From: Catajapyx aquilonaris
Taxonomy: Eukaryota
DNA length: 64,000 nt
Assembly (NCBI GenBank): GCA_000934665.2
Contig: JYFJ02000131.1
Span: forward strand, 1 to 64,000
Reading direction: 5' to 3'
Part shown: piece after piece, positions 1-14,000 of the stretch
Numbering within the stretch: the stretch's first letter is position 1
Layout of the letters: the number at the start of each line of letters is the position of its first letter
Translations under genes and position numbers: made by a program
The notes under the pieces: model-generated
What the model saw: the letters and a program-made list of their open reading frames with translations, nothing else
The model's database searches: none
Told to the model about the DNA's origin: nothing

Positions 1-97
1 GTTCGTCTCTCAGGAAAACTGCTTATACCCTCGGAATCAGGATTTTTTGCCCGATTTTTAGAATCCAACTTGTATTTTGAGTGGAGTGTCCCTTTAA
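1..97. mobile_element. Possible right end of a TTAA-flanked non-autonomous DNA transposon
   Basis: Ends in gagtgtccctTTAA, which resembles the TTAAAGGGACA termini common in invertebrate MITEs. The partner end would lie outside the window. Confidence 0.3.
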
Positions 98-3000
98 CAA
101 TAAAGCCACTGACTCAACCAGTGGAAATTTTTGTTCAAACATGTAGGTTGAATGATCAGTGAAACGTGAATCCGAAACATTTGCAACTCAATGATGTTTA
201 CAAATGCGGCGCATATTTGTTCAGGTTCATACAAATTTTTCCGCAGCTGCCACAATGATATTGATCATTGAATTATTTGGCTTTTTCTAGGTCAGTTCGA
301 TTCGAGGAATGGCAACTATTTGGAATAATTGTGCAGCTTGTTATTATTGCGATGATAAACGAAATTTCCAGGAATATTATTTTTGCCTCATACTGTATAT
401 GCATACAACTGAATTTTCCTGCAGTGATGCAAAAGTACACGCCTCATTACAAACAGTGCTACATAGTTGAGTGGTCTTTGCACTCTCACTGTCAGTACAC
501 TTGAAATAAAGCATCTAATCCTTTAAGCGCCAACAATGAGACTCCTTAACTTAATTAAGGATAATATTTGGCTACATCCTTTTGCTACACCAGCTTTCAA
601 AATTATTATTTCAGAGGATAAAGCCGCGAAATTCATCCGGAACATCCCATGGTTTGTCTGACACCTTCTAATTAAATTAAACGTCTGCAACCTGTGTACA
701 TTGCACTCCAGGGTAGCATATCCAATAATCATTTATTTATTCGACACGCCTGTCCAGTATACAGGCTCTTGTCCACCTTGTACAACCTTGTGTTAAGGTA
801 GGGCATGGCATCTCCACCATCCCTAAAACAGGTATTAAGCCTTCTTTTTGGGCAAGCCTGTTTCACCCCTGACATTTTCAAAATGCGCCTACTTTTGTGG
901 GGATATATCCTAATCAATGCAGATTCCAACCTGGTGGAAAATCCATGGAAAATCGGGGTCACGACACAACCCTGCAGAGAGCTTTAACTGGTTTTAAGTG
1001 CCTGATTTAAATAAATTCCCTGGTAGAAAGATAAGTGAAAAAGGCGGGTCATTAACACCCTCTTCACACTTCGCCGTAAATCATGTTGATGCAACTGGTT
1101 GGGACTACATTTTAATCGAGGAGAAGACCAGTTGTGTGGAATAACTCCTTAATGGCGTTGTATAACTTGTGAATATAGCACCTTCTTCCATTACCCACTT
1201 CATTACTGGGAATTGATATGGGACCATTTTGTTTTACTGACGCCAAAGCCCCTCTCATCATATTTCTTTCAGAGAGTAATTAATCGAGCCGTTAGTATTC
1301 AAATTATTCACAGGTGCCCGCTTTCCGGGCCTTCATCCCAAGAATAATTTACGTCGCACTACTTAGGAGCAATGAACCGCTAATTATGACGAGAGAAATT
1401 AAAGCAAGTATGTACGCATTTTTTTGTCATTAGACTGAACTGACCATACCTATGACACCACTAGGTACATGTTAAATCCTCATTTTGTCATATTTACATA
1501 GATGCTATTTTGAAAATCACTTATTACCCTCTATATAGATAAAGGTTAAGACTTATTTTTGTAATATTGTGCAAGTACCTCTGATTAAAAATTAATAATT
1601 GCTAACTTCCATAAATGAAGTGCTGAAGATTGGGGCTGTTAACCTCTTTTCCAAAACTGCCCTAAAAACTCCTTCAATGCAAATCGCAAGCACTTGCATG
1701 TAATGGCCACTTTGTCGACCCCTCACCGGGAATCCAATGGGAGTGATTGATCTGCAAAACCTAATATAGACAGCCCATAATGCCGCGAAACGAGGCAATC
1801 TCGCCGGGTCGAAATTGAGAAAAATTAATCAAAAACGGATGGACCACTAAGCCGGTCTAGATATTTTTTTTGAATAAGAAATGAGGCCAAATGAATGAAA
1901 TATGTACGGCTCTAAGTCTAAAACCCAAATCGGATTTGTGCGGGGAATGATGCTGCATCTTCCCGAAAAATCCTTTTCGACTGAAGGAAGGTCGTTCATG
2001 TGACATTGACTAATTCAGGATGGACCCTGTGATTTATGATCTGGTATTAGGTGAGGTCAAGAAAATGGTCACTTAAGATGTTGACCCAGAAATGCAAATT
2101 TTTGTTTTCTCCCACAGTTTCGGGGTCATTCCCATTGGCATTGTAAACACGAATTCATTTGCTGAACTGACTGCCACGAAACAAATTGTGAGTTACGGCC
2201 AGCTGTGTCAACAAGCTATGTGAGACTTTGCCTCCATGCAAATTATAGCAATAAATTATACAAATTTAAAAGGCTATGACGTGATAAACAGCGTGTGTCG
2301 CGCAAACTTGATTTTTAATAATTTAATCGGCGATGAAAGGCTTACTGAAAAACACACGTGATAGTAAACAAATTATGAGGCAGTCCCGTGTATTTTCCGC
2401 ACAAAACCGGATGCAAACGCTGCCAAATTTTTTATCAACTTCGTTTGAACAAAAATGTCTTTCAGTATTAACGTTCTGGGAGTGTTAAATAAACGTCCAG
2501 ATGACGACCAGGAGAAATTACAAACTCCGCTTAATTTCGCAATCTCCGGAACGAATCTTTTCTTATTCCCTAAAGCTTTTATAGCAGCTGGTCACTTGAA
2601 ACAGTGATTAAATTTCGCAATACAGCTGCAAATTTGCATGAAAATCAATGCCATTTTGGACTGCTAAATTTTGCCAAAGTTTGACCGTTTCGTCCTTGAG
2701 CTATAGGTCGAAAATGGTCCAGATGCAGTGTCCAAAATTAAGTGATCGATTGCCATCTTCCAAAGGAAAGGTAATAAAATCGAAGATGCGACTCTAAAAA
2801 GCCATCCAACATGTCGCTTGATGGTTGTGATCATCATGCTGACATCCGACCCATCCAGGTCATTTGTTCGTGCTGACAAAGGAGTCAGAAAATCAAGAGA
2901 GGGAATGAAAGAGAGAGATACGGCGAGCTTCAACGTCATTTACACAGAGAGAAGGATGTGGAAGTCGCCAGTATACATTCAGAGGTTGACTTATCGACGT

Positions 3001-5059
3001 TGCTTTGGACAGACGCAAACAGCCGTTTTCAGAAAGGACGAGGACACGTCCAAATGCCTTTTCGTCCCCATAAACACAATGCGACATGACCCTGTTGTGA
3101 TGTAACACTACATTTGTAAGAATTCCATTTCCGATAGTCTCTATATGTTCACTCGTTTGCAGAACCGCCTCCAAATTAGATTATATGTCCTTCTAATATT
3201 CCAGTGTCAATCTGCTGCACAAACTACATAAATATATCGTTGCTGAATCACTGCACAACAACACAAGGACGCCTGAACATTTACCTCTCCGATCCATAAC
3301 TCTAAGCTTCAAAATATTCACACCACCTGCCCACATTATTGCCCCAAAATCATATACTGCGGCAGTTGAAAAGGTCATCCCTCTCGCCGAATAATTGAAA
3401 CAAAACACGATTATAAAATATTCATCCCGCACTATTAACTGACCCGGAATTAATGGACGGCATATGTATAATGGAGTGCAGAAAATGTGCTACAGTACAA
3501 CCCAGATGCATCATAATCGTAATCCTCTACATCACAAAGTCGAAATTACAACGTTTCGTACAAACATTGGATTAAAATTATTGTGGCCTTTTGATTCCGA
3601 CTGTGGGCACCAAACAACCTTGGAAGTAAAAGTTGGCTAACTGAATTAATATGCAGGAGGTGGGAAAGGGCGGCTGTAAACTAAACCCTCCCAAAGAACC
3701 TGGTACGTAATATCCTTTATTACAACGGCTGATATTAAATTGAAACAGTAGCTCTGAGGAAACACACCAGCAGTATCATATTGCCTTTCGCTGGAGCAAA
3801 ACACACAAGTTCATTTGCACCGAGTTCACAGCCGGAAAAAAATCGCAATTAATACCTACGTCACTTGCAAAAAAAATATTAATTGACATGACTTGGTAGA
3901 TATGTAATTGCTGTGTCATAGAAAAAATAATTGTGCAAAAGCAGCTTTAAACGTTAAAGGTCGAGCCAGTACCAACTTTTTCTTTGCTACAAAACCAGCA
4001 TGATGCTAGTTGACTGCTGGTTGAAGGATTCAGAAGTAAAGGAAGCTTCTTCAAAGGAACCGAGGGCTTCTTGCCCCGGAAATAGCGAGACTTCAACCGA
4101 GAAATTAACGATCTCGCTGTTGGGGAGGGGAAAAAAAGAGGAGAAACTGCTGTGAAGTCTATGAAGCGAGTCATGTGAGACGTGAAAATACCGAGAGGCT
4201 GGCAATCAAGATGATTATCTAAACGTCACCTCTCAGACAACTAACTGCAAGGGCAAAGTAAAAGGTTGTGCAAACATGGGATGGGAGAATTTCATTCCAT
4301 TTTAAGCAATTTCCCTTGCTTGAAACTAACTGCTTAAAAATTATCGCATAATTATTGTAATGTAGTCCTGCACTGTACATAATGAGTTTTCCTTCCTTTG
4401 TCCGGAATCTGTGTGCAAACAGAGAGCTTATTAAAATTGTTTCCTCAAAGTCGGATCTGAACTATTCTGATTCCAGCACTGCGACACTATTGCACAATCT
4501 GTGCCAGTGCCAAAAAAAAAATCACTTCCGAAGAGCTATTGAAACTGTAGAGGTTCAAACGGCAAAAAGTGGGCCATTAATTTTCGGCCCATCTGAGCGC
4601 AATAGGTCACAAATGTTTTAACAATAACAATTAAATTGTTGCGGCAAGTACGAAATTATGTTTGCTTGAGAACATCACTTTTGATGTCGTCATTAACACA
4701 ACCTCATGGTATCATATCTTACTTCAAATATTGCTACGTGACGAGCAAAAATAGTCTACTGCGCCTCTCTGCACTGTACTGTGTAAACCGTACTATATAT
4801 GACTCTTTTTAACAACTAAAGGTCCTGTAAGGCCACCAACCCCTGGAATGAAGTATCTCTAATATGCCTCCCACGAGTACGTCCCTACAACAGAACAATC
4901 CTCGCCTCCCCATGCAGTCAGCTCGTCTCTTTTTTTCCACCAACTAATGAATAAGGCGCAAGGGAGTCGAGACCTGAAATATTGATGATCAGGTCTGACA
5001 CTTTGCGTTTTCCAAAAAATTTCGGGTTATTTTTGCTGGGATTGCAATACTCTGCTCAC

Positions 5060-5256
5060 ATCCCGTTGCCCCATCCCGTCGGGACAACAATTATTATTCT
5101 CCCAGTTGTTTCAATCAAGTTCAGGCCGATAATGTGATGAGTTCGAATTGCGTCGATGTAGCCTTCGCCCTCGAAAAGTTTTATGAACTTTGCACACAAC
5201 GGTTGTGGTTGCCTGAATTCCCAGTATGTGACGACGTGATGGAAGAGAAAACGCAT
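5060..5256 (-). CDS. Possible PDE4 alternative first coding exon (truncated-UCR1 isoform)
   Basis: MRFLFHHVVTYWEFRQ...IIIVVPTGWGNG ends at a phase-2 donor GAT|gtgagc (65 codons + 2 nt). The donor is only moderate and I recognise no homology. Confidence 0.35.
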
Positions 5257-6176
5257 ATCAAAGGGGCAGAGATGTTAAAAGTTGATGCTGTCACAGTATT
5301 TTCGCAACGACGCCATCAAATTTGACGAAATTGCGACGTACTTGCTGGACGAGTCAATACTGTACAGTTTCTATATTTTGCCTACAATTTGCACTAAGCG
5401 AGCTTAAATGCTTCTGAACTATTTACATCAAATGAACAACCAAATAATTTATGATTCAATTGAAAATGCATCTAGCAAGTTCAGTGTACATTATGGATTC
5501 TTTTTTATATAACACAAACACATACGTCTCTAATAAGCAGATCTTTGCACTCTGCATTATTTACTCATGTTCATTGATAATAATATTTTTGCCCTTGAGT
5601 AAGTTCAGGGCCAAAACACACACGTTGCACCTGTGTATGGCAATGAAATATTCACCTGCACCTTCACGTGTCATTGGCAGCCTTCGTACACACAGCTCAT
5701 GTTTAGCTGACATAAGTTTCCATCGTATTGCAATCAAGATCCTATTAACCTGACAAGTTCAGCTGACTTGAATATTAATTTTACAACAAACCAACCCCCC
5801 CTTTTTTTGAACCTCCCCAATATAGTCCCCGCAAACCACACCTGAGCCTGACGCAACATCGACCCCAAATGTCTCCAGTTCTGCTACTAGAACCCTTCAA
5901 ACTCTCAAAACCACCGTTCCTCCTATACGTGGAATCCCACCGATGATCGAACAAAGTGGATTACACCAGCAGAGAATGGCACTGGAACTTATCAATTTAA
6001 TATCCCCGGACGTGCCCCGTTTATTGGATCCAGAATTTTGGGAGGCTCCCTCGTATATATATACACACAGCCTTTGGTGTATGCCACAGGTCAAGTACTG
6101 GTGGAAACAATGTGTAGAAAGCCGAATCAATAGTTGGCTTTTGCAGAGTGTGGCCTCGTTTGTATAATATACTTAC

Positions 6177-6289
6177 TCTTTTCTGGTCCGGTCCTCCAAA
6201 AACCTCTCCCAGAAAGTGCTTCTGTGTTTAATTCTGAGCACGCTCGTGCTCAAAGTCCGTGGCAGGGCTTGGCTCCTGGCGTCCATCAT
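6177..6289 (-). CDS. PDE4: PDE4 alternative first coding exon downstream of the UCR1-start exon (truncated-UCR1 isoform, candidate)
   Basis: actATGATG start, MMDARSQALPRTLSTSVLRIKHRSTFWERFLEDRTRK, then a phase-2 donor AGA|gtaagt (37 codons + 2 nt). GC-rich, coding-like composition. Confidence 0.72.
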
Positions 6290-7885
6290 AGTCGCCGGAC
6301 GTTTAATTAATCCCGCTCGTCAAGGTAAGATGAATTGACAACTGGACACCTCCTTGTGATCCTCCGGCACCGTATTCCACACACGGTCATCGGAAGACTA
6401 ATGAGAAACCTGTGTCCGGGGCTATTCATTACCGAGCGACACCCTTTTTTTCTGTTCTCAACTATAGGTGTGTGTAAAATAAATATATAAAGGGAGGCCA
6501 CCGATGCCAATCGACATTGATGATCAATTTAAGGGTGCTATTGGTCGAATTAAGCGTCGTTGCCAGCAGGACATTGGCTCTATCGTGATCCAAAGTGGAG
6601 CATGGCTATAATCTAATTTAATTCACACTGAGAAAGCATCTTGAAGGCTATTGCTTTGAAACAAATGCACGATTATCTAAGGGCATGCAAATGCGTAACA
6701 CATACAATGCGTGCGGATTGCTTTTTTTCAGGTTCTGATAAGCGAGCGCTATTATAGGACTATTACAGCCTATCTGTAATCTGACGATTAAGGGTATGTT
6801 GATACGCGGATATTTTCATGTTTTTTTTTTGCGAAGGTCGTAAATATTGCGCGGTTCTAACACTTTATTCCTCACACGTATCCTGCACTCCACTACCACA
6901 TGGCCCACTGAAAAATATTTCCTATCACTCGAACCGCACCGTAATTGCCAGCCAGGCCCCGGTACGACACACCCGGTTGTCTCCCGTGTACGTAGCCCCA
7001 TTGGATGGGCGACTAGTGAGAGAAATTGCTCCTTGTTGGAAAAAGGTAAACTCGCACGGAGCAAGCGCAGGATCACTCTGTGGATGAGTAGGCGAGTCTA
7101 GGGAACGTGGGGGGTGCAGGATGGGGGTTGAGGGGGAGTTTGCAGGCCTTTTTATCAACTGGTAGCCTTGTAAGGGGTTTTTGCTTTTGTAAAGATGGGC
7201 CCAGATTTGCACGAGGTCAAACGGCGACCAATTGTTGGCAAGAATAGTCCTCAAAAACGCTGCATCCACATTGCATAGAGAACAAAAAATGTATTAGTCA
7301 AGGCTGAACTGATCAGTGCCAGAGTGGCAATGCTCCAAATTGCTACGTTGTGGAAGCAATTAACTGTCATAAACAACAGATAGGCTATCAATTATATTAG
7401 CCTAGTTGTCAATGCGTTATGTTGCCTCTGCAGAGCTTCCTACTTTATTTGTACTGCAAGGCTCTTTACAGCAGCGAGAGATATGAATCGATGAGTTCCT
7501 GTGGTTACAGTTTTCGGCGTGTTAACTTCATTACTCTCCCTGGGCAATCAAGCACACTCCTCATTATACAATTGTGTCGGTTACTTTATTTGCACTCAAA
7601 TATAGCGGTGTATTCACAATGCAATGAGCCAAAATGGGACTATGGCGTGGCGAGAAGTCGATCGCAAAAACCGCGTCTCCCGAATATATCCTGGAAATTG
7701 CATCAAAGTGAATTCTGCATAAAATATTCAGCCTAAGGGCCTCCGAAAGTCCAAGCCTCCCAAACTGTGTCCGAACTTTTGGGCAGGGAACAAGAAATTA
7801 ACTTCCACTCATTTGATTCTACGTTTTTTTTTTCTAAGAGCCGAACAAGCTTTTTTTTTTTGCAGTAGCCAACCTACTTCCTTAC

Positions 7886-8070
7886 TGCTGCGGATCCCAA
7901 TGGCTGAAATAACTTTTCCAGCCTGGAAAAAGCACGCAAGCATGCACACACACCCGGCGCAAACCGGTGTTTAAGAAACAGGAATTCATGCACGGGGGCA
8001 GTAGGATCTGATAAAGGTGGCGAATAAATTCCAAGAGGAGGAGAAAAATGCTGGGCAAAAGGCCCAACAT
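7886..8070 (-). CDS. PDE4: PDE4 alternative first coding exon with hydrophobic N-terminus (truncated-UCR1 isoform, candidate)
   Basis: MLGLLPSIFLLLLEFIRHLYQILLPPCMNSCFL...SHWDPQ, then a phase-2 donor GCA|gtaagg (61 codons + 2 nt). Confidence 0.55.
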
Positions 8071-11000
8071 AAGTCCAATCAGCTTACAAAATCTAATCTA
8101 AACATGTCAGCCGTGGTTCCGGGACGCCACCACTCCGCGGCGCTGACAGCAACGCGTCACTTTTTTTTTTTTTTGAAATCCAAATTTTTAATACAAATTG
8201 GATAACAAGGGGGAGGAATCGGAGGGGGGATAGAAAAATAGTTAGTTGAACACACGCATGATCAAGACAAAAAAAAAACACTAAACCACAGATGTCAAAC
8301 CCGTGCAGTTATGAAAAATTCGTACCCCACCCTTGAAGGGTCAACCCCGGCCAACTTGTGTTGTGGTTCCTGACATGGTAACCCGTGATTGGTTTGTTGG
8401 GACGATGCGATTTTCCAAACCGTCACAGGGGCACTGCTGCTCTCGCCAGCAGCAGCAAGCGTAGTCCTATAGGGAAAGGATCGAATTTGCTACAACAGGT
8501 GAAATCAACAACATCTGGAAATATATAACAAATATAGAATATTTATAATAAAATTAATTAAGAATCTAAAGAGAACCTCTAGAGACATCATGCAATTTGC
8601 GCGCTTTTACGTCACCCAACTGGGCCCGGAAATAACTGATGTTGTGGGTTTCGGATAAGTTGTCTGCGCATCTGCAGTGTCAGCTTCATGTACTTTTTAA
8701 TAAGTGCATGCTACACACCTACAGCACTCCTGAATGTTTCATCTTGTCTCCAGTTATGTAATGATGCTAACTAGCTAGAAGTTTCCGAATTTCACGGAAA
8801 CCTGATTCCTTTCAGACAAAGTTACCATCCCTGCAGCGTATTAACCAGATGCATGGAAGATACCGGGTATGGGCTAAACCCCCATCCAATTAATCCAATG
8901 AAAAGGATAGGGGTCTATGGTCAAGCACAAGTAAATACACGCCATCAGAGGATCACAATGAAATTACGTTCAATGATTGTCGCCTCGTTCAATAACCCTG
9001 CCCAGGAACACAGTCACGTAAAGGCCTCCTAATTAACAGGTAGCAGCCTCAACATTAACCTTCAGGTCCCATTATATTGGGTCGTCACACAGGAATAACA
9101 AAGAACCAGGGGGCAGACAGCTGCCAAATAGAGTTTCGTAGTAAGGTCTACAAAGTTTGCTATTTCCGAAAATGTCCAGATAAGGGAAGGGGGTGAGGTT
9201 CTGTTGACGTAAGTGGCGACTCGACGAGAAACTTTCCTTTTTTTGTGTGTGCACTTCTTTTGTCCCCAACTCCATTCAGGCAGCCATGGCTCTCGAGAGA
9301 CAAATGGAGGCCATGTATCACGCACTCGAAAAAAAAAATAATCGTGCCTCTTGCCAACCCTCCGCTGTTCTAGAGAAACTCTCCTTTCTCCGTGAAATAG
9401 ATTGACAGCAGAGGTCCTGCTTGATACCCACGTCATCTTGCGCCAACCGGAGAGGAAATGCATGGCAAGTGCAGGGAAATTGCATTTCTACCCTGGTTTG
9501 GCAAGGTTTGCACGCCAAATTAAGGAGAGGGACAAAGTTTTTTTTCTTTCTTTCTGCAAACCAAGGAGTTGCAGTGAATCTCAAGATGAAATTTTGGGGA
9601 CTGCAGGTGAACCGGATCAATATGACGGGTTGTGTGTGTAAACAACCCGAGGGTTTTATGGGGGTGGTCCGAAAAGTTGCCTTTGAAGAGTCCTGCAAAT
9701 TTATACGGTGCTGCGACTGAGCTAAAGCAAACGGTGGTGAAGACATTGCCATGTAATCAACGCTGCCGCAGAAGCCTGGGGTATTACAGGTTGCATTAAT
9801 GAGTGATTAATGATCGTAGCACCTGACTGGTGTATTGATATTCATTGTTCTCTTGCGAATACGCTCGTTTTTGGCGACATGTTGTCAACCAGTTCGTTAT
9901 CATATAATGTGTAATTAATATGAGCGGCAATGTGTAGTCACAAAACCGAAGGCCATCTTGACAATCTTCCCGAATCAACACCCTGGATTAAGTTGGTGTC
10001 CAGACTAGGGGGATATAACTAAAGACCCGGGACAACAAGGGGTGTGTATAGTTAATTCGTGGCCAATTTCACCAGGTTCTTCCTGCTGATGCTGGGTGGC
10101 TAGTGAGTCAAGGGAGTGGGTATCCGCAGTGCTGCGCCCTGCATGCGCCAGGCCACATCATCTGGCAGTATCACCGATCGCATGACTGCGCCACAGCCTC
10201 TCTCTTCCTGCTTCTCTATTGATCTATGTGGCTACTATACCCTAAGGGTGGGATACTCTCACACCGGGTTGGAGCGTCTGCCACTAGGGCGCAGGAGGCA
10301 CGAGCCAGCCCGCTCTGTCGGCGTCCAACTCAAACACAATTGTGCTCTACAACTCGATCATATATTGGCGGCAGGTACGAACACCTATATACAGCGTATC
10401 CATTACTGAGAGAGTTTCCATAACTGGTATATGTAATGCCCATGCTTATTATTCTGTTGGTTTTCTGCCCACGACAAAAATATTTTAGGCCTGTTTCATT
10501 TTTAAAGCATTTATTATATCGATCCACTGTACGTAGAGAGAAAAATGCTTTTTCAGACCGGGATTACAGAAAAAGTGATGAAAAAGAATCCAAATTTTGC
10601 ATAAGAACAAAGAGCATAAGATGCAGTCACACGGTACTATTTAAGCAGAGCCCTGGACGTGTACGACCTGTCGCGCATTTTATCTGATTTCTTACTCTAT
10701 GTTGGTTCCACCGTGGGTAGTATAGTTTGTTCTATTGATTAACAGTAAAGCTTCGACCCGGAAACCCAATAAAAAGGGACATGTTCGTTCCGCATTTCCT
10801 GATACAATGTGCTGAGTGTTCAGGAAAAAAGACATGAAATGCTAACACCATTACTGAAGCAATGTTTCCTAAATAATTAAAGCAAAATATTTGCAAATTG
10901 TTAACTTTTCAAACGGAATTGGTTTTGGGAAAATTGGACACTACATGTGACCGTTTGCATAAAAAGAAGATGTTGGGTTTGAGGGGGTGATTGAATTAGA

Positions 11001-14000
11001 CAGTCCTTAACTGATCGATTGGTTTTAATCAAGGAGATTGAATGGTTTTTCCCTCGCGAGAATTCAAACATCACGGACCCCATTTTTAGCGGGGGAAGAA
11101 AAGTCACCAAACAAAGGGCACCAAGCAAGAAGGGGGGTCCTGATGCCAGTCAAATGGCGGCCTCGCACTTCGCAAAAATCACTTAGTGAATAACCTTTTG
11201 CCTTCTCTAGGCAGTCGTCGAACTTCGCTGACTCTTTTGTTCCACTGGCATTCAGCACAGAAAAGGCAGTGTGCAAGACGTATTCTTTGATTATAAAAGG
11301 AAAAGGCCAAAATTAATTTTGTCTTGCACGAACTATTCCGGAAACTTGTTTTCTTCCCTTTATATGAGCAAAATAATGAAGGAAGAAATGTGAGAATGTT
11401 TCAAGAATTACCCTGCTTCATTTTGAAATCATAATAACAGCCATAGCAATTATACGACCAACTGAGAACTATTTGTTTTTAACTTAAAGAATGCCTCAAG
11501 TTCTTCATGGAAAAAAGCTTGTAAAAATTATTGTGAATTTACGAATTTTAGACTGGTTGATACAGTATAATATGCATTAATATTTTATAAGTTTGTCAAT
11601 AAATCTTTATAAATCGTAAGTCGTAACTGTCACGTAGTTAATTCTTTGTTTTTGCTGTTGTGCTCTATACTTCAGCTGGAATTTATAAATACAGATACGT
11701 GTTGGAACTTACACATAATCCAATAACATCTCCGGGATTAATTACTATCATTATTTAAGTCTAATGCACAGTAATCTGGGCTGTACACTGCTCTGTACCA
11801 ATATTAAAACTTTTTTTTGCAGAATTTTTCTAAATTCCATTGAAGTGTATACTGTACCTATTTCGTACCTAATTTAGCATACGTAGGTCTGCTGCCTAAT
11901 ATTATCACCACTATCCTGATTACTGGATTACTGGATTCATCAGCTAGGGTAAGAGACACCCTGGAGCAAATTGATCGCCTATTTTCTTAATTCGCCTATA
12001 TCATCCCTTCTCCGGAGATAAGATTTACGCTGTTGATTAATCCCAGCCCCTGGTGATGGTAAAGGCAGGTCACAGTCTGTGTCTTGACATTACACATATG
12101 ACATTGATGCTGCGACCATTTTAAAAATAAAAATTAGGGACACTGCAAAGTAGTCCCAAAAATTGTCTAACATGATATTTTAGACGACATATTCTGCAAA
12201 TTACCATAATGCCCTTTTCCCTTGAAATCTCAGTCTGATGACACCACTAGTCAGTATACATTTTAAAAGCGGGCAACAGTATGCTGTATAACGGGGGAAA
12301 ATTGCGAGAAAAATTAGGAAGTATAAAGGGAGGCTTGACAGGTGTCACATGGTGGTTGTCCCGGATGCTCCGCTCTTAAAACGAGTAATTATAATGCTCC
12401 CATCATCAAGCACACTCCCGGCTATTGATTCACAATCTCTGCTGTTTGAGCATGAGCAACAAGAGTACTGTATATGACCAAGTTATACTTTCAAATACTT
12501 AAAATTCCCGATTGATATATAAAGTAACAACTTGACTTTTCCCCAGTATATAAAAAGGATTAAACCTTTTGTCTGAAGAAAGTCTAGTGCCTCTTGACAA
12601 GCTTTTATACTGTACTACGCTTCAAGTAAACAGGGAATTCAGTATACAATGCATAAAAGTACTCCTCCATAATATATCAAAGCAGACTGCATATTAATGC
12701 AGAAGTACTGTACATCGATCCTTGGCCCTAAAATCACTTAACATTCTTTATAAGCTGCCCAGGACTTTACTCCCAAAACTCCACGCTACAGTGGCACACA
12801 CATGAATCTTCTTAAAATTGCAATTTAGGGGCTGGAATAAGCCGTGCCTTAACGCTATAACCTCTTGAAATAAGTACTTGCTTTCGAGATACCGCATGCA
12901 TATAACCTTGGGCCGCCTTGGGAGGATAATAAAAACAAACAAAAAAAAATCCTGTTGGGAAAGTGGCACCCTACAGAACCGGGGGGCCGTGTGGAGGGTC
13001 TTGTTATCAACTCATCGCTTAGATATGAACTATTCCATACAGATTTATGCCTCATGCGCCTCTTTGTCCCGTTAGGAATACTGGAGCATTATAAAGCTCA
13101 TCCCAATAGCAGATAACAAATCTCAATATACTTCCATACGATTATCATCCAACATTCTTCATGTATCTTCTACAAGTTCTTTCTCACTTTTCTCAGCACG
13201 TAGGCTGCTTTTACTGAATTACATGTTACAAAATTGGATTTGAACTTTATTTACTAATTACACTACTTGTAGGATACTCTATCACAAAATTATGGGGCGT
13301 TCATGTACAGTACGTCAACAGTTGCGCTCGGCAGCATTTATAATTAACTTAATACGACTGCACGTTGCACGCATTTGAATATATAGTGCCCTGAAATATG
13401 GTGCACATATTAATTAGCCAATAATTCGATATTAATGGATAAAATTAGAGCAAAAGTGCTCGGACAGGATGGTGCCAGCTACAGCACAGCTACCTGACAA
13501 TTTCAACGCAGTTTCTTCCGCTTTTTTGATGCTATATATTATATTTATCCGCCGACAGCAGGCACCCTTTAGGCTGAAAGATATCCCTCATTTCCGTTGC
13601 GATGACCACACGAAGCATAATGAACTTGGATGCTGTCCCATGCAGATAGCCCTGCATGGGACACTCCATTCTCACTAATCCTATTGATCGAAGAAAATGG
13701 AGCTCTTTTCCATTATTGGAAATGCGATCTCGGGTCTCGCTTCCCAGATGAGAACCAAGGGAGAGAAGAACTAGCTCCAAAAAAAATTGAATAACGATAT
13801 CACTCGGTGCACAGAAAAGAGCTCTAAGTGACGGCAGAAAATATTTGCACGAAGATGTTTCTTAAATACCTTCTTTTTCGAGCACAGCAGCAAAGTTCGA
13901 TGCGGATACTTTTAACGAACAAAAGTTTTTTGAGTGCTCGAACTCGGGCCATGTGACCCCTCTTAAAACAGCGTCTCTGCCTTGTATATATATGGCTCCA

